Positions 8,381 through 18,771 are shown, numbered from the stretch's first letter. The stretch: DNA of 51,696 nucleotides from Candidatus Saganbacteria bacterium (GCA_013204645.1 JABMSE010000125.1:1-51696), one strand, 5' to 3'. Numbers and translations are program-made. The notes: generated by a model from the letters alone, not told the origin.

Positions 8381-9107
8381 TTATTTGTCCTTGCTTTTTA
8401 AATTTAATATAACGCTTAGCCTTTAGCGTTTGCCATAATGCTTTTGCCGCAGCAGCTAAAAGCTTGCCCTTAACCAGTGAGACGTTGCCGGTTTTTCGCC
8501 CTTGATAATCAACTGGCAATTCATAAAGCCTAAATCCACAAGATGCGACTGCTGCAGAAATAATTAAATTTGGCGCAAAGGTATCATCCGGAATTTGATT
8601 AATGATTGCCTCCAAAATGTCGGCACGCATTAAGCGATAGGGCACATTTACATCGGTAATCTTAGCACAAAAAAGCCAACCCACCGCCATTTTAGCAGAG
8701 GAGCTGATCAACTTTCGCACTAGATTTTGTTTGCGGTTTATCCTCACCCCAAAGAGAGCATCGTAATGGGCTCTCTTTTCCCAAAGCGCGGGGAAAAAAA
8801 GAGGAGAAATCTCATTGTCGCTATCGCATTGGAACACCCAGTTTGCCATCATCGCTGCCTGGTGATAGCCAGACAAAATAGTTGGGCCATGGCCGCTATT
8901 TGGCTTATGAACAATTTTGAGCCGATTATCTTTTTTGAGGCGATCCAACACCTCGGCTGTGGCATCACTTGAGCCATCATTTAATACTAATATTTGATAA
9001 TTTAATTTGAGGTGACTTAAAACGGTTTGCCAGGAAGAAATAACCTCTGAGATAACTTCTGTCTCATTATATACTGGCATCACGACTATAAGATCAAATT
9101 CCGTCAC
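8373..9107 (-). CDS. Family 2 glycosyltransferase (Dpm1/ArnC-like)
   Basis: LIVVMPVYNETEVI...VLNDGSSD...QCDSDNE. Confidence 0.75.
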   Translation of the reverse strand: MTEFDLIVVMPVYNETEVISEVISSWQTVLSHLKLNYQILVLNDGSSDATAEVLDRLKKDNRLKIVHKPNSGHGPTILSGYHQAAMMANWVFQCDSDNEISPLFFPALWEKRAHYDALFGVRINRKQNLVRKLISSSAKMAVGWLFCAKITDVNVPYRLMRADILEAIINQIPDDTFAPNLIISAAVASCGFRLYELPVDYQGRKTGNVSLVKGKLLAAAAKALWQTLKAKRYIKFKKQGQINE

Positions 9108-9149
9108 AGGTTTTTTTAGTCTATCTTATCACTTTTAATAAGTCAAGCA

Positions 9150-10838
9150 TTACGATTTGCGCCGCATACGGTAAAGATCAAAGTTATACTTACCAAAAGG
9201 CAATCCCTTTATCCATTCCAAATCATAATCTTTTAATAAACTACGCCACTTACCGCTGTAGGGAGGAATCTGGCTCCAGATATCTTTGTAAAAATAGACC
9301 TGATCAGTTTCAGCATAAATCCTATCCATTACATCCTGGCGTGTGGCATAAAAGGTTTGGGCCCCTTTTCTGCCGTTAATTACCACAATGCAGGGATCAT
9401 AAGAAAGCATGTAGCTGTTCTCGGGCAAATCAGAAAGGACTTCAACCATATAGTCATGGGAGGCCCGCACATTTGAAGATTCTTCCCCAATCGGAATTGC
9501 CGGATACACCAGCACAAAAGAGCCAACCAATAAAATAATCCAGATAAAATTAAGGGCGAGAGAATTGACGCGTTTTAATAGGGTTGAATTCAAAAGTAAG
9601 ATTCCACAAGCAGCTAAAATAGTAAGCGGCAAGTTTAAAATCAAAGAAAAGCGCACATCGGTGCCATAATTATAGCTCCCAGCATAGAAGAAAAGAAAGA
9701 TAGTAAAGAAAACAAAAAAAGTAATGAGCAACAAACCCTTTTCCTTGAACCATTTTCTAAAGGGGAAAATCCCAATGATGGCTAGAAGGCTTACTAAAAG
9801 CGGGGTGCGGCTGTTTTCGAAAAAATAGGCGAAATTCGCCTTAAAATTACCCATAAAATGCACCCAGGAAAACATCGGAGCCCTCGTCGCCCCCCAACTT
9901 TCCCCAGCAAATGCCGCAAAAGTGGCAAATTGAGGGAGCAAAAAGACCAAAAATAGGAGCCAGGAACCGACAAAGAATTTATCGGAAAGCTTTTTTGAAA
10001 AATCCCGATCAAAGAAAAGAAAAAACTCAACCGGCAAGAGCAAGAGAAGACCTTCGGGCCTAACCTGGGCAGCATAAGCAAGAGAAAGAAGCGAAAATAG
10101 CAGAGCAAAATTATTTTGGGTACGGCCATAAATAAGTATCCCCAAGAGGGTTAAGGCAGCAAAGAAAACAAAATAGGGCTCAGCCGCTATGGTCGGCGCC
10201 CAAATAATATTTTCCGGCAACAAAACGAAGATGCCACTTGCAAAAAGGGAAAGCAATTCGTTTTTAAACAATAAATAGGCTAGCAAAAAAACCAGGAAAG
10301 CAGTTAATAATGTGAGGATAACCGTGATTCGCGAGGCTAGATATTCGCTCACCGGCAAAAAACTATAAAACAAACTAATCAGGGCCGGCATTCCGCTGGG
10401 ATCCTTATTATACTCACCCTCATAACACTGATCAGGAGTTCCAAAATTAGTTTTTAAGGCGCGGCCATCAGCTGCAATGTTAGCAGCGATATTAGCATAA
10501 ATATCCTCATCAAAATAAACCCGATGGGTGTCCGGAGCAATAAACCAAAACTGGCAAAAACCAACTATCAAAATCAATCCTAAAATAATCCAGGTTTTGT
10601 TACTTATTTTTTTGAGCTGGCCCAGCAGGGGGGAAAGCAGAAAGAAAAAAAGCACAATAAGTAGCACCAGGTGTAGTCTTAATGTATAGGAGACGATCAC
10701 GGCCAAAACCTGGCACATAATGCCCAGCATGAAAGAGGGAATGATGAATCGAGGAACCAAAAAAAGCAATAGGATAAAGCAATTAAGCAAGATTAAAAGA
10801 AAAAAATTATCTTTGTATTTTTCAAATAAGGCTTTCAT
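9150..10838 (-). CDS. Polytopic membrane protein, GT-C/GT39-like glycosyltransferase
   Basis: Many TM helices. The first extracytoplasmic loop carries YFDEDIYANIAANIAADG (acidic DE motif). The C-terminal soluble domain is about 120 aa. Confidence 0.5.
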   Translation of the reverse strand: MKALFEKYKDNFFLLILLNCFILLLFLVPRFIIPSFMLGIMCQVLAVIVSYTLRLHLVLLIVLFFFLLSPLLGQLKKISNKTWIILGLILIVGFCQFWFIAPDTHRVYFDEDIYANIAANIAADGRALKTNFGTPDQCYEGEYNKDPSGMPALISLFYSFLPVSEYLASRITVILTLLTAFLVFLLAYLLFKNELLSLFASGIFVLLPENIIWAPTIAAEPYFVFFAALTLLGILIYGRTQNNFALLFSLLSLAYAAQVRPEGLLLLLPVEFFLFFDRDFSKKLSDKFFVGSWLLFLVFLLPQFATFAAFAGESWGATRAPMFSWVHFMGNFKANFAYFFENSRTPLLVSLLAIIGIFPFRKWFKEKGLLLITFFVFFTIFLFFYAGSYNYGTDVRFSLILNLPLTILAACGILLLNSTLLKRVNSLALNFIWIILLVGSFVLVYPAIPIGEESSNVRASHDYMVEVLSDLPENSYMLSYDPCIVVINGRKGAQTFYATRQDVMDRIYAETDQVYFYKDIWSQIPPYSGKWRSLLKDYDLEWIKGLPFGKYNFDLYRMRRKS

Positions 10839-12517
10839 TGCTCAACCAAGAAATCGCCAATCGCCATATATTTGTTTTTTGTTTTTTTAAAGGCCTCGAT
10901 TGCATTAAGGGGACTCTCCACAATGGGTTCACCATGCTGATTAAAACTTGTATTAAGGATTATGCCCTGACCGGAAAGCTCGCGGTATTTTTCAAGTAAT
11001 CTTCTATATTTGGGGTTTTGCTGCCCTAATATCTGGGGGCGGCAGGATCCATCCACATTAACTACCGCAGCAAATTTATCAACCAATTCGGGAGCTATTT
11101 TATAACCCATAGTCATAAAAGGATCAGGATGAAAACTTGCATCACAAACATACTCGCTAAGATTTTCTTCTAGAATGGTCGGGCAAAAAGGCTGATACCA
11201 AACCCGTTTTTTTAAGCGGAGGTTAATGTCATTCTTTAGCTTATGCGAATCTGCCCGGGCCAAAATGCTGCGGTTCCCCAGCGCTCGAGGTCCTAACTCC
11301 ATCCGGCCCTGGAACCAAAAAACAATATTCCCTTGCACTAAAAGCTTAGCTGTTTTTTGGCAAATATCGTCTTCTTTCTTAAAGTTGAGCCCGCTAGCTT
11401 TTAGCGCTTTTTCAATCTGACTATTTGCGTAGTCTCGGCCAAAATAAATATTATCAAATTTATAAGCAGCTACCCCGTTTAATTCTGAATTAGCTAACAA
11501 AGCCGCCCCAATAGCTAAACCACCGTCGCCCATGTGGGGAAAAACAAACCAACCTTTACCCGAAAACAGGTGGCGTATTTTTTGGTTGACCTTAATATTG
11601 GAAGCCACCCCCCCAGCCCAACAAAGATACTCCTCCCCAGTTTCCTTTAAGCAATTAGAAAACCATTGCAGAACAAAATATTCCAGTGCATCCTGAGCCA
11701 TGCGCGCAAACTGCTCACTTGGCGTGTGCCAGAGAATCTTTTCTAAAAGTGACTTCATTTTGGAGGTAGGAACTTTAGCTTTTATCCTCATGCCTGAAAC
11801 GGCAAAAAAATCAAGCATGGGATTATCCTCTTTCGGAATTGGATAAGCAAAATCCGCCAGAGCCATGACTTTTCCTTCATCTTCTAATTCGCGCATATTA
11901 AGCAGGTTGGTTACATGCTCAAAAAAGATGCCCAATGAATCCCGCGCGCTTATTCCCATTATCTTCTTTATTTTTCCCTTAGCAAAAAGATTAACGCTTC
12001 CCGACAACCCATCCCCCACCCCATCTAAGGTAAGCACCAGCCCCTTTTTGAATCCACTGCAAAAACAAGTGGCAGCATGGGCCAAGTGATGGTCAACCAG
12101 GTAGAAACGATAATCAGCAAAGCCCAACTTATTTAACTGAGATTTAAGGTTAGCATTACTTAAAGCCGTGGTAAGAAAACTTGGTCCAAACTCAGTAAAA
12201 ATATACTTCATATTTTTCTGAAAAAGCATAAGCGCCGGGATGGCTTTTCTGCGGCGAATAAGATAATATTTTTCTTTAAGCGAAGGAAGCACCCTGGTCA
12301 AGGTCTTTGAAAAATCAGAGGTTGAAGCAGAAACAACCGCTATATCTAAAGGAGATAGGCCCAAATAATCTAGGCAGGCTTTTATGGATTTAGCTGGGAA
12401 ACCCACATCCAACTTTCTGCCCGAGAGACGCTCCTCATTTATGGCAACCTTTATCTCAGCTCCCTCAATTATGGCAGCGCCGGCATCATGTCCGTCCCAA
12501 ATCCCCAGAATTTTCAT
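10835..12517 (-). CDS. Carbamoyltransferase (NodU/CmcH family)
   Basis: MKILGIWDGHDAGAAIIEG...INEERLSGRK, HHLAHAA, and a C-terminal NTSFNQHGEPIV motif. 560 aa. Confidence 0.8.
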   Translation of the reverse strand: MKILGIWDGHDAGAAIIEGAEIKVAINEERLSGRKLDVGFPAKSIKACLDYLGLSPLDIAVVSASTSDFSKTLTRVLPSLKEKYYLIRRRKAIPALMLFQKNMKYIFTEFGPSFLTTALSNANLKSQLNKLGFADYRFYLVDHHLAHAATCFCSGFKKGLVLTLDGVGDGLSGSVNLFAKGKIKKIMGISARDSLGIFFEHVTNLLNMRELEDEGKVMALADFAYPIPKEDNPMLDFFAVSGMRIKAKVPTSKMKSLLEKILWHTPSEQFARMAQDALEYFVLQWFSNCLKETGEEYLCWAGGVASNIKVNQKIRHLFSGKGWFVFPHMGDGGLAIGAALLANSELNGVAAYKFDNIYFGRDYANSQIEKALKASGLNFKKEDDICQKTAKLLVQGNIVFWFQGRMELGPRALGNRSILARADSHKLKNDINLRLKKRVWYQPFCPTILEENLSEYVCDASFHPDPFMTMGYKIAPELVDKFAAVVNVDGSCRPQILGQQNPKYRRLLEKYRELSGQGIILNTSFNQHGEPIVESPLNAIEAFKKTKNKYMAIGDFLVEQ

Positions 12518-12561
12518 GAATTAATTATATCACAGCCTAAGAGGGCCAAGAAACAAAGCCC

Positions 12562-14100
12562 CTACTTAACATAATAAATTTCTATGTCTGCTACTTGCTT
12601 TGCCAAGTGCCAATCATAAGGAGGCTTTTTGATGGGCAATAGATCAAACACTTTGGCTTCCCCCACATCATGTCCCCTGGCTCCGCCAAAAACAACATAG
12701 GCGTTGTGCATTTTGTTGGGGTCGGTTTGTTCGTCCCAATAGTTGATATTGCCTAATTTGTGCCGGGTTAATATACGTAGATTATTTACCGCCAGATAGT
12801 CACCAAAAAAGGTGTCGGCCGGGTGTTCTCGGACAAATTCTGCAACCTGCCGCAAGGGCGCCAGGGATCCACGGTAAAACTTATGATCCTCATTAACATA
12901 ATATAGTGAGGAGAAAAATAACAGCCCTATCAGAACCAGCAGAACAAACTTAAAGCGTTTTAGCTCCATCAACAAAAAAGAAACCAGCAAAAGCAGGGGG
13001 ATAGTTAACATGGTCAAAAATCTTGGGTCTTTAAAAATCATCAAATAAGCCAAAGCGCCATTTTGCCATTTAACACTTACACAACCAAACTCAAAATAAA
13101 AGAATAAGAATAAAAGCCATAAGACTATAAAAATATTCTTACGCTTTAGCAAGCTGTATATAACAGCTATGGCACCAAAGATGCCAAAAAGACCAACCAA
13201 ATTAACATTTGATCGATGGGAAGCTAAGAAGAAAAGATGTTTAATATGATAAATAGGGGTTCCCGTATTATAATAAATTTTAATTTTCGAGAAAGGCGCC
13301 CAAATCCCTACCGGTTCAACCACATACTTATTTATCAATGCCGATGAATTGATGTGGTAATTTAAAAATGGGTCTCCGCTCTGAGAATAAAAGAAGGCCG
13401 CTTCAAATAAAAAAACCAATAAGAATCCACAAACAAAAAAGGAGGCATAAAAATCTATTTTTTTTGTCCTGATACAATCAAGAACAACCTTGATTAAAAG
13501 CACAGGAATAACAATAAGGGCCGTGATTTTAACTAAATAGGCTACCCCTAACGCAACCCCGGAAAAAAGATAAAATAAGGGCTTTTTCTTTTTGCCTGCT
13601 AACAAAAACAGCAAAACACAAAGGCCGACAAAAAAGGCTAAAGGAATGTCACCTAAAATTCGCGTGGCATAAATAACATTTAAGGGATAGAAAGAAAGGA
13701 GAAAAGACGCCAGCAGACCAACTTTAACATTGAAAAGCAATTTCCCCATATAGAATATAAGAACCACCATTGCTAGAGAGGTAAAAAGAGAAAACAAAGC
13801 AGCGCTTACCTCACTTGGACCAAACAACTTAAAAAACCCGGCAACCGGATAGATAACCAGGCTGCGAAAAGAAAAGGTTTCAGCGGGATTTGCCTGATAA
13901 TCAGCTGGTAAATCCTTATATTTAGATAAATTGAGCCCACCTTCTTTAAATATAATAAAAGCATTGTTGTAATATATGCCATCATCCTGGGGATCAGCAC
14001 TAACCAGGCCCACAAAAAACCAGACCCTCAAAAAAAGAGCAAAAAGCAAGATTGCCAAAAGCCAGATTTCTGGGCGTGTTTTTTTAAAGGCCGAAATCAT
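12562..14100 (-). CDS. GT-C fold membrane glycosyltransferase (GT39/ArnT-like)
   Basis: Polytopic, with a first loop SADPQDDGIYYNNAF. I prefer the start at MISAFKK (14100), which gives an ATGA overlap with the radical SAM gene stop. The track ORF begins at 14160. Confidence 0.6.
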   Translation of the reverse strand: MISAFKKTRPEIWLLAILLFALFLRVWFFVGLVSADPQDDGIYYNNAFIIFKEGGLNLSKYKDLPADYQANPAETFSFRSLVIYPVAGFFKLFGPSEVSAALFSLFTSLAMVVLIFYMGKLLFNVKVGLLASFLLSFYPLNVIYATRILGDIPLAFFVGLCVLLFLLAGKKKKPLFYLFSGVALGVAYLVKITALIVIPVLLIKVVLDCIRTKKIDFYASFFVCGFLLVFLFEAAFFYSQSGDPFLNYHINSSALINKYVVEPVGIWAPFSKIKIYYNTGTPIYHIKHLFFLASHRSNVNLVGLFGIFGAIAVIYSLLKRKNIFIVLWLLFLFFYFEFGCVSVKWQNGALAYLMIFKDPRFLTMLTIPLLLLVSFLLMELKRFKFVLLVLIGLLFFSSLYYVNEDHKFYRGSLAPLRQVAEFVREHPADTFFGDYLAVNNLRILTRHKLGNINYWDEQTDPNKMHNAYVVFGGARGHDVGEAKVFDLLPIKKPPYDWHLAKQVADIEIYYVK

Positions 14101-15143
14101 CTTAAGAAATCTCCCAAAATAGTTTGATAAGCCTCGCACGGGGTCCAGCAATTCGGGCATTCCTTTTGACGAATAGTTTGTCTTATTTTTCGTGTCTCGT
14201 CAAGATTCCACAGCCGCGAAAGATCAAAGCCGCAATTTTTTAGGTTTCCCAACTTTTTATCAAACAGCGCACAAGGATAAATATCCCCTGACGGACCAAT
14301 ATAGCAGGAAGCCCTAAGTGCCTGGCAGGGCAGCGGGGTTTGGCCTTTTTCAAGAAAGCTGATGAGCAACTTTAAATACTTTTTTTCGATCCAGGTATCT
14401 GGATTTGCCGGCACACGATAAAGCGCGAGAAAATTCTCTATTTCAGAAAGAGCCCCTTCATCAAAACCAGTCCCTGTTTTCAATCTCTGATTGCCATAAT
14501 AATGATCTGAAAAATGGAACAAATTTACATGGAATTGGGTCAACTTAAAATCTGGCACTGCCGAGCGTATGGCAGAAATAGTTTCTTTAAGCCTTCCTAG
14601 ATTTTGGGGGGAAATGGTATAACTTATAAAAGGCTGGTAGCTCGTTTTTGCAAAAATCTTTTTTAATCCTTTAAATGTTTCGATGGCTTTTGTAAAACTT
14701 TTCGCCACCCCCTTAATTTTTTCGTCAATTTCAGGCGGCCCTTCGATGCTTACTCCAATAGCAAACTTGGGTATTGTTATAACTGATCTGATCTTTTCGG
14801 CCTCTTTAAGATAGTGCTCTGGACAAAGACCATTCGAAGTAAAATTTAAAAAATAAAGCTTGGGGGTTTCAGCAGTTATGATCCGGATAATATCGACTAA
14901 ATCAGGACGAAGGAAAGGCTCGCCCCCAGTTAGATTAATCCAGGAAAACTTGTTTTTTTCAAAAAACGTAGCAATCTCATCAAGGCTTAATTCGTCTTTT
15001 TTTTCTCTCTGCCAAATATTGCAGGTGCTGCAGCGACCATTGCAGCGATAGGTAATGGCAAAAGTAAGTTTGTAGGGATCAGCCAAAAGATTGAAGTTAG
15101 AAAAGAGAGCTTGTTTTCCCAGATTTAAAAAAGGAAGAAACAT
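14097..15143 (-). CDS. Radical SAM enzyme with a C-terminal SPASM/twitch-type Cys-rich domain
   Basis: CNGRCSTCNIW is a CX3CX2C motif, followed by LTGGEPF. The C-terminal cysteines are CQALRASCYIGPSGDIYPC...CPNCWTPCE. Confidence 0.8.
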   Translation of the reverse strand: MFLPFLNLGKQALFSNFNLLADPYKLTFAITYRCNGRCSTCNIWQREKKDELSLDEIATFFEKNKFSWINLTGGEPFLRPDLVDIIRIITAETPKLYFLNFTSNGLCPEHYLKEAEKIRSVITIPKFAIGVSIEGPPEIDEKIKGVAKSFTKAIETFKGLKKIFAKTSYQPFISYTISPQNLGRLKETISAIRSAVPDFKLTQFHVNLFHFSDHYYGNQRLKTGTGFDEGALSEIENFLALYRVPANPDTWIEKKYLKLLISFLEKGQTPLPCQALRASCYIGPSGDIYPCALFDKKLGNLKNCGFDLSRLWNLDETRKIRQTIRQKECPNCWTPCEAYQTILGDFLR

Positions 15144-15814
15144 TATTTTCTAAAAAGCTCCTTTAGGATTCTCTTAAGAACAATAGCGCCATCACGCGCT
15201 ACCTTCAACTTGCCGCTGCCCCGGAAGCGCAGCTTCTCAAAGCTTGGAACCTCAAGTACAGATAAGTGGGCCTTGGCTGCCTTAATGGAAATTTCGGTTT
15301 CAATGCCAAAGCCGTCTGATTCTAAAGAGAGCTTAGGGATTATATCTCGTCTCAAGGCGCGGTAGCCATAACATAGATCAGAATAATTCATACGCCACAA
15401 CCGATTAACCAGGTGGACCAATGCTTTGTTGCCTAATTTGCGGATAAAGGTAATGTCTTCGCTTCCCCCTCCCTGGATAAAACGCGATCCCATACAAATA
15501 TCATAGCCCGCCTCTATCCCAGAAACCAGCAAGGTGAGCTCAGTGCTTAGATGGGAACAATCAGCATCCATCATTATAATAATCTCTCCCGAAGCCATCT
15601 GCATTCCCTTACGCAGCGCCGATCCCTTGCCTTTTTCATCAAAGAGAACCGTTGCCCCAAATTTCTTGGCAATCGGAACTGTCTTATCAGAAGAATGTCC
15701 ATCAACTACTATGACTTCATGAAGCCCCAGGGGCAAACTTTTCAAAACTAATCCCAGATTGCCTTCTTCATTTAAAGTGGGGATGACCAAAGAAACCTTT
15801 TTTGCGTCAAACAT
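15143..15814 (-). CDS. Family 2 glycosyltransferase (Dpm1-like)
   Basis: LVIPTLNEEGNL...VVDGHSSD...IMMDADCSH. Confidence 0.75.
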   Translation of the reverse strand: MFDAKKVSLVIPTLNEEGNLGLVLKSLPLGLHEVIVVDGHSSDKTVPIAKKFGATVLFDEKGKGSALRKGMQMASGEIIIMMDADCSHLSTELTLLVSGIEAGYDICMGSRFIQGGGSEDITFIRKLGNKALVHLVNRLWRMNYSDLCYGYRALRRDIIPKLSLESDGFGIETEISIKAAKAHLSVLEVPSFEKLRFRGSGKLKVARDGAIVLKRILKELFRK

Positions 15815-15824
15815 TTAAAAACCT

Positions 15825-16616
15825 TTATTTTCTTTTTTTCAAGAAATAAGCAGATATAACAATTATTATGCCTAAAAGAATGAGAATAATCGCTGCTACT
15901 CTAACTTTTTGTGGTGGACCATCCGTGGTTATCAAAACGTGGCCGGGGATGATTTGGGTAGCATGGATGCCATCTTTTTCATATTGAGAAACACAATAAA
16001 CCTGGTAATTACTACCATTTAAAGCTGAAAAGTTTTCGACCGGGAAATTTATCCTGGCAGTTTCATATTTAGAAATTATGCTTTCATGCAAGGGCTTATC
16101 AGCCGTGAGTTCATTGGGCACAAAAATACGGGATGAAACTTGTAAATCAGTTCCGCCTAAGTTTTTTAGGTGCGCGGCCAGTGTACCTTTTTTAAAAAAA
16201 GCAAGAGACTTGAGTTTGCCAAAGAGTTCAGGGGCAACCTCGAGGACCTTATAATTAAAAGTTTGGGCTAGCAGGGCTGAAAAGGGATATTGGTTGGCGT
16301 CAGAGTAATGCATTTTAACGACTAAGGGGTAGCTTCCCGGGCGTTCTATATCAAGCCTAATCTTTTTCGACGCACGATAAACAGCTCCTCGATCAAGTTC
16401 TGGAATTTTTCTAAAAAGGACGCGTTTTCCTGCTAGATTAACCTCAGCGAAAACATTGTAGGCTGCCTCGTCCCCGGCATTCGTTGCCTCAAGTATCACC
16501 TCAATAGTGTTACCTGAAACCTTCGACGTAACTGCTGTTTCAAGACTTATAAAAGAGGCAAAAGCAGCCGAGGCACAAATAAACAAAAATAATGAGGAGG
16601 TAAATAGTTTTTTCAT
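15825..16616 (-). CDS. Secreted protein with a C-terminal TM anchor (CARDB/DUF11-like fold guess), function unknown
   Basis: Signal peptide MKKLFTSSLFLFICASAAFA. The segment EATNAGDEAAYNV is CARDB-like. The C-terminal helix is VAAIILILLGIIIVISAYFLKKRK. Its start overlaps the glyS stop by 4 nt. Confidence 0.45.
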   Translation of the reverse strand: MKKLFTSSLFLFICASAAFASFISLETAVTSKVSGNTIEVILEATNAGDEAAYNVFAEVNLAGKRVLFRKIPELDRGAVYRASKKIRLDIERPGSYPLVVKMHYSDANQYPFSALLAQTFNYKVLEVAPELFGKLKSLAFFKKGTLAAHLKNLGGTDLQVSSRIFVPNELTADKPLHESIISKYETARINFPVENFSALNGSNYQVYCVSQYEKDGIHATQIIPGHVLITTDGPPQKVRVAAIILILLGIIIVISAYFLKKRK

Positions 16617-18745
16617 CCGGGAAGCACCACTTTACGAAAATCAGCCACCTCAAGATATACTTTTTCGAGCGCGCCCAAGAGAGCCAAACGATTTAATTTT
16701 AGCCTTTCTTCTTTATGCATAACTAAGACCTTATCAAAAAATTTCTCGATAGGATCGGTAAGCTCTGCCAAAGATCTTAAGGCTTCCCCCCAGTCTTCGG
16801 CATTAATGGCCTCCCCCACTTCCCAATTTACCTTCATATAAAGATCAAAGAGATCTTTTTCTTCTTTTTCTTCCAAATCCGCTTTAATCACTTCTTCGCG
16901 AACAACATCCGTTGCAATGCGCGAGATACGATCCGCTGAAGCAACGATACCCGGAAACCATTTTTCATTAACGTGATTATTCAATATTTTAGCTTTTTCA
17001 ACTGTATCTAAAATATCATTGAAATCCCCCAAGGCCGCATCCACAATATCATAGCGGATACCCAAATCTAGAAGAACGGGTTTCAATCTTTTTGCCATAA
17101 AGTCTAGAATTTGCCCTCGAATTTTAGCAAAATCCTGATATCCCGTCTCACCCTGCTCAAAAAGGTAAGCCAAAAAGACCGGTTGATAAAGCTTATAGCT
17201 GTGCTCAATGAGTTCGTCCAGTAAAATATCAAGCTTCTTTTCGACAACAATACGTATTATCCCGTTAGCAGCTCTGCGCAAAGAAAAGGGGTCCGCCGAT
17301 CCCGAAGGAATCGCCCCGATACTAAAGCAACCAACCAGAGAATCGATCCGGTCGCAAATGGCCACACACATTCCACAAAGCGACTCAGGCAACAAATCCG
17401 CAGCGTGCCGGGGCAAATAATGTTCAAAGATGCCCAGGGCCACCCGGGGATCCTCTCCTGAAAGTATGGCGTATTCGCGACCCATAATGCCTTGAAGAGT
17501 TGGGAATTCATAAACCATCATCGTGGTTAAATCCGCCTTAGAAAGCTCGGCAATTCTTCTGGCAACCTTTATTTGCTCGGCGTTAAGCTTTAAGCGTTTC
17601 CCAACCCATTCTGAAAGCTTTGCCATCCGCTCTACTTTATTAGAAATCATACCCAGCTTGTCAAAAAAGGCCACTTTTTCTAAATCTACTGCCCTTAACT
17701 TTAAGGGTTCTTTTTTGTCTTCTTCAAAAAAGAATTTCGCGTCCGAAAGGCGCGCTCCCAGAACTTTTTCGTTGCCCCCCACCACCTCTTTATGGCTACA
17801 GCCATCAGTTATAACCACAAATTTATTAATCAGCTGGCCAGATTTGTCGGTTAAGGAGAAATATTTCTGATTCTTCTTCATGGAAGTAATCAAAACCTCT
17901 TGCGGCAACCCTAAAAATTTCTCGTCAAACTCTCCAAGATAAGCAATTGGATTTTCAACTAAGAAAGTAACTTCAGCCAATAAATCTTGTTCTACCAGCG
18001 CCGCTGCCCCAACTTTTTTAGCCAAACCCTCTACTTGTTTTCTAATCAATTTCTTGCGCTCCTCCGGGTCAACCACAACGCCAAGTTTTTGCATTAAATT
18101 CTTATACAATGACAATTCCGCACTTTTTAGCTTCGAACTTTTACTTCCTGTTTTTAGATGCCTGTGTCCATGGGTAACACCCCCGGATTCAACCCCAGCC
18201 AAGAAAAAACTGACTACCTTATTTCCACACAAGGCCACCATCCAATGGATGGGCCGAATAAACTTAAAATCTAGATTGCCCCAACGCATTGCTAAAGGCT
18301 GATAAAGGGATGAAATTATCTCAGGAAAAACTTTAGCCAGGACCTTTTCGGTAGGCTCTCCTTTTTGCACTATTTTAGCAAAAACATAGTCGCGACTACC
18401 AACCGGCTTAACCTTTAAATCCTTTAGCGCAACCTTTTGCTTTCTGGCAAAGCCTAGGGCAGCCGGGGTGGGTTGCGAGGACGAATCAAAGGCAATTTCA
18501 GCCGGGGGGCCTTTCACTTCTTGTGACAAATCATTTTGTTTTTTGGCTATGTTTTCAACAAATAAAACTAGGCGACGGCAAGTCCCCAGGGTTTCAATTT
18601 TAGAAAACGAAACCCTACCCTCAACCAGTTTTTCCTCGGCCTTCTTTTTTAAGTCTTCGAGAAATCCTGGCATAAAACGCGCAGGGATTTCCTCACAACC
18701 TATCTCAAGCAGGGCATTAATTTTGCGACTTTGGACCTTAGACAT
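16613..18745 (-). CDS. glyS: Glycine--tRNA ligase beta subunit
   Basis: LLEIGCEEIPARFMP is at the N-terminus, and homology is full length. The start was set at MSKVQSRK (18745) with GAGGTG 7 nt upstream. The track ORF extends to 18820. Confidence 0.9.
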   Translation of the reverse strand: MSKVQSRKINALLEIGCEEIPARFMPGFLEDLKKKAEEKLVEGRVSFSKIETLGTCRRLVLFVENIAKKQNDLSQEVKGPPAEIAFDSSSQPTPAALGFARKQKVALKDLKVKPVGSRDYVFAKIVQKGEPTEKVLAKVFPEIISSLYQPLAMRWGNLDFKFIRPIHWMVALCGNKVVSFFLAGVESGGVTHGHRHLKTGSKSSKLKSAELSLYKNLMQKLGVVVDPEERKKLIRKQVEGLAKKVGAAALVEQDLLAEVTFLVENPIAYLGEFDEKFLGLPQEVLITSMKKNQKYFSLTDKSGQLINKFVVITDGCSHKEVVGGNEKVLGARLSDAKFFFEEDKKEPLKLRAVDLEKVAFFDKLGMISNKVERMAKLSEWVGKRLKLNAEQIKVARRIAELSKADLTTMMVYEFPTLQGIMGREYAILSGEDPRVALGIFEHYLPRHAADLLPESLCGMCVAICDRIDSLVGCFSIGAIPSGSADPFSLRRAANGIIRIVVEKKLDILLDELIEHSYKLYQPVFLAYLFEQGETGYQDFAKIRGQILDFMAKRLKPVLLDLGIRYDIVDAALGDFNDILDTVEKAKILNNHVNEKWFPGIVASADRISRIATDVVREEVIKADLEEKEEKDLFDLYMKVNWEVGEAINAEDWGEALRSLAELTDPIEKFFDKVLVMHKEERLKLNRLALLGALEKVYLEVADFRKVVLPG

Positions 18746-18771
18746 CAGACACCTCGTGCTGAGCCATATGT

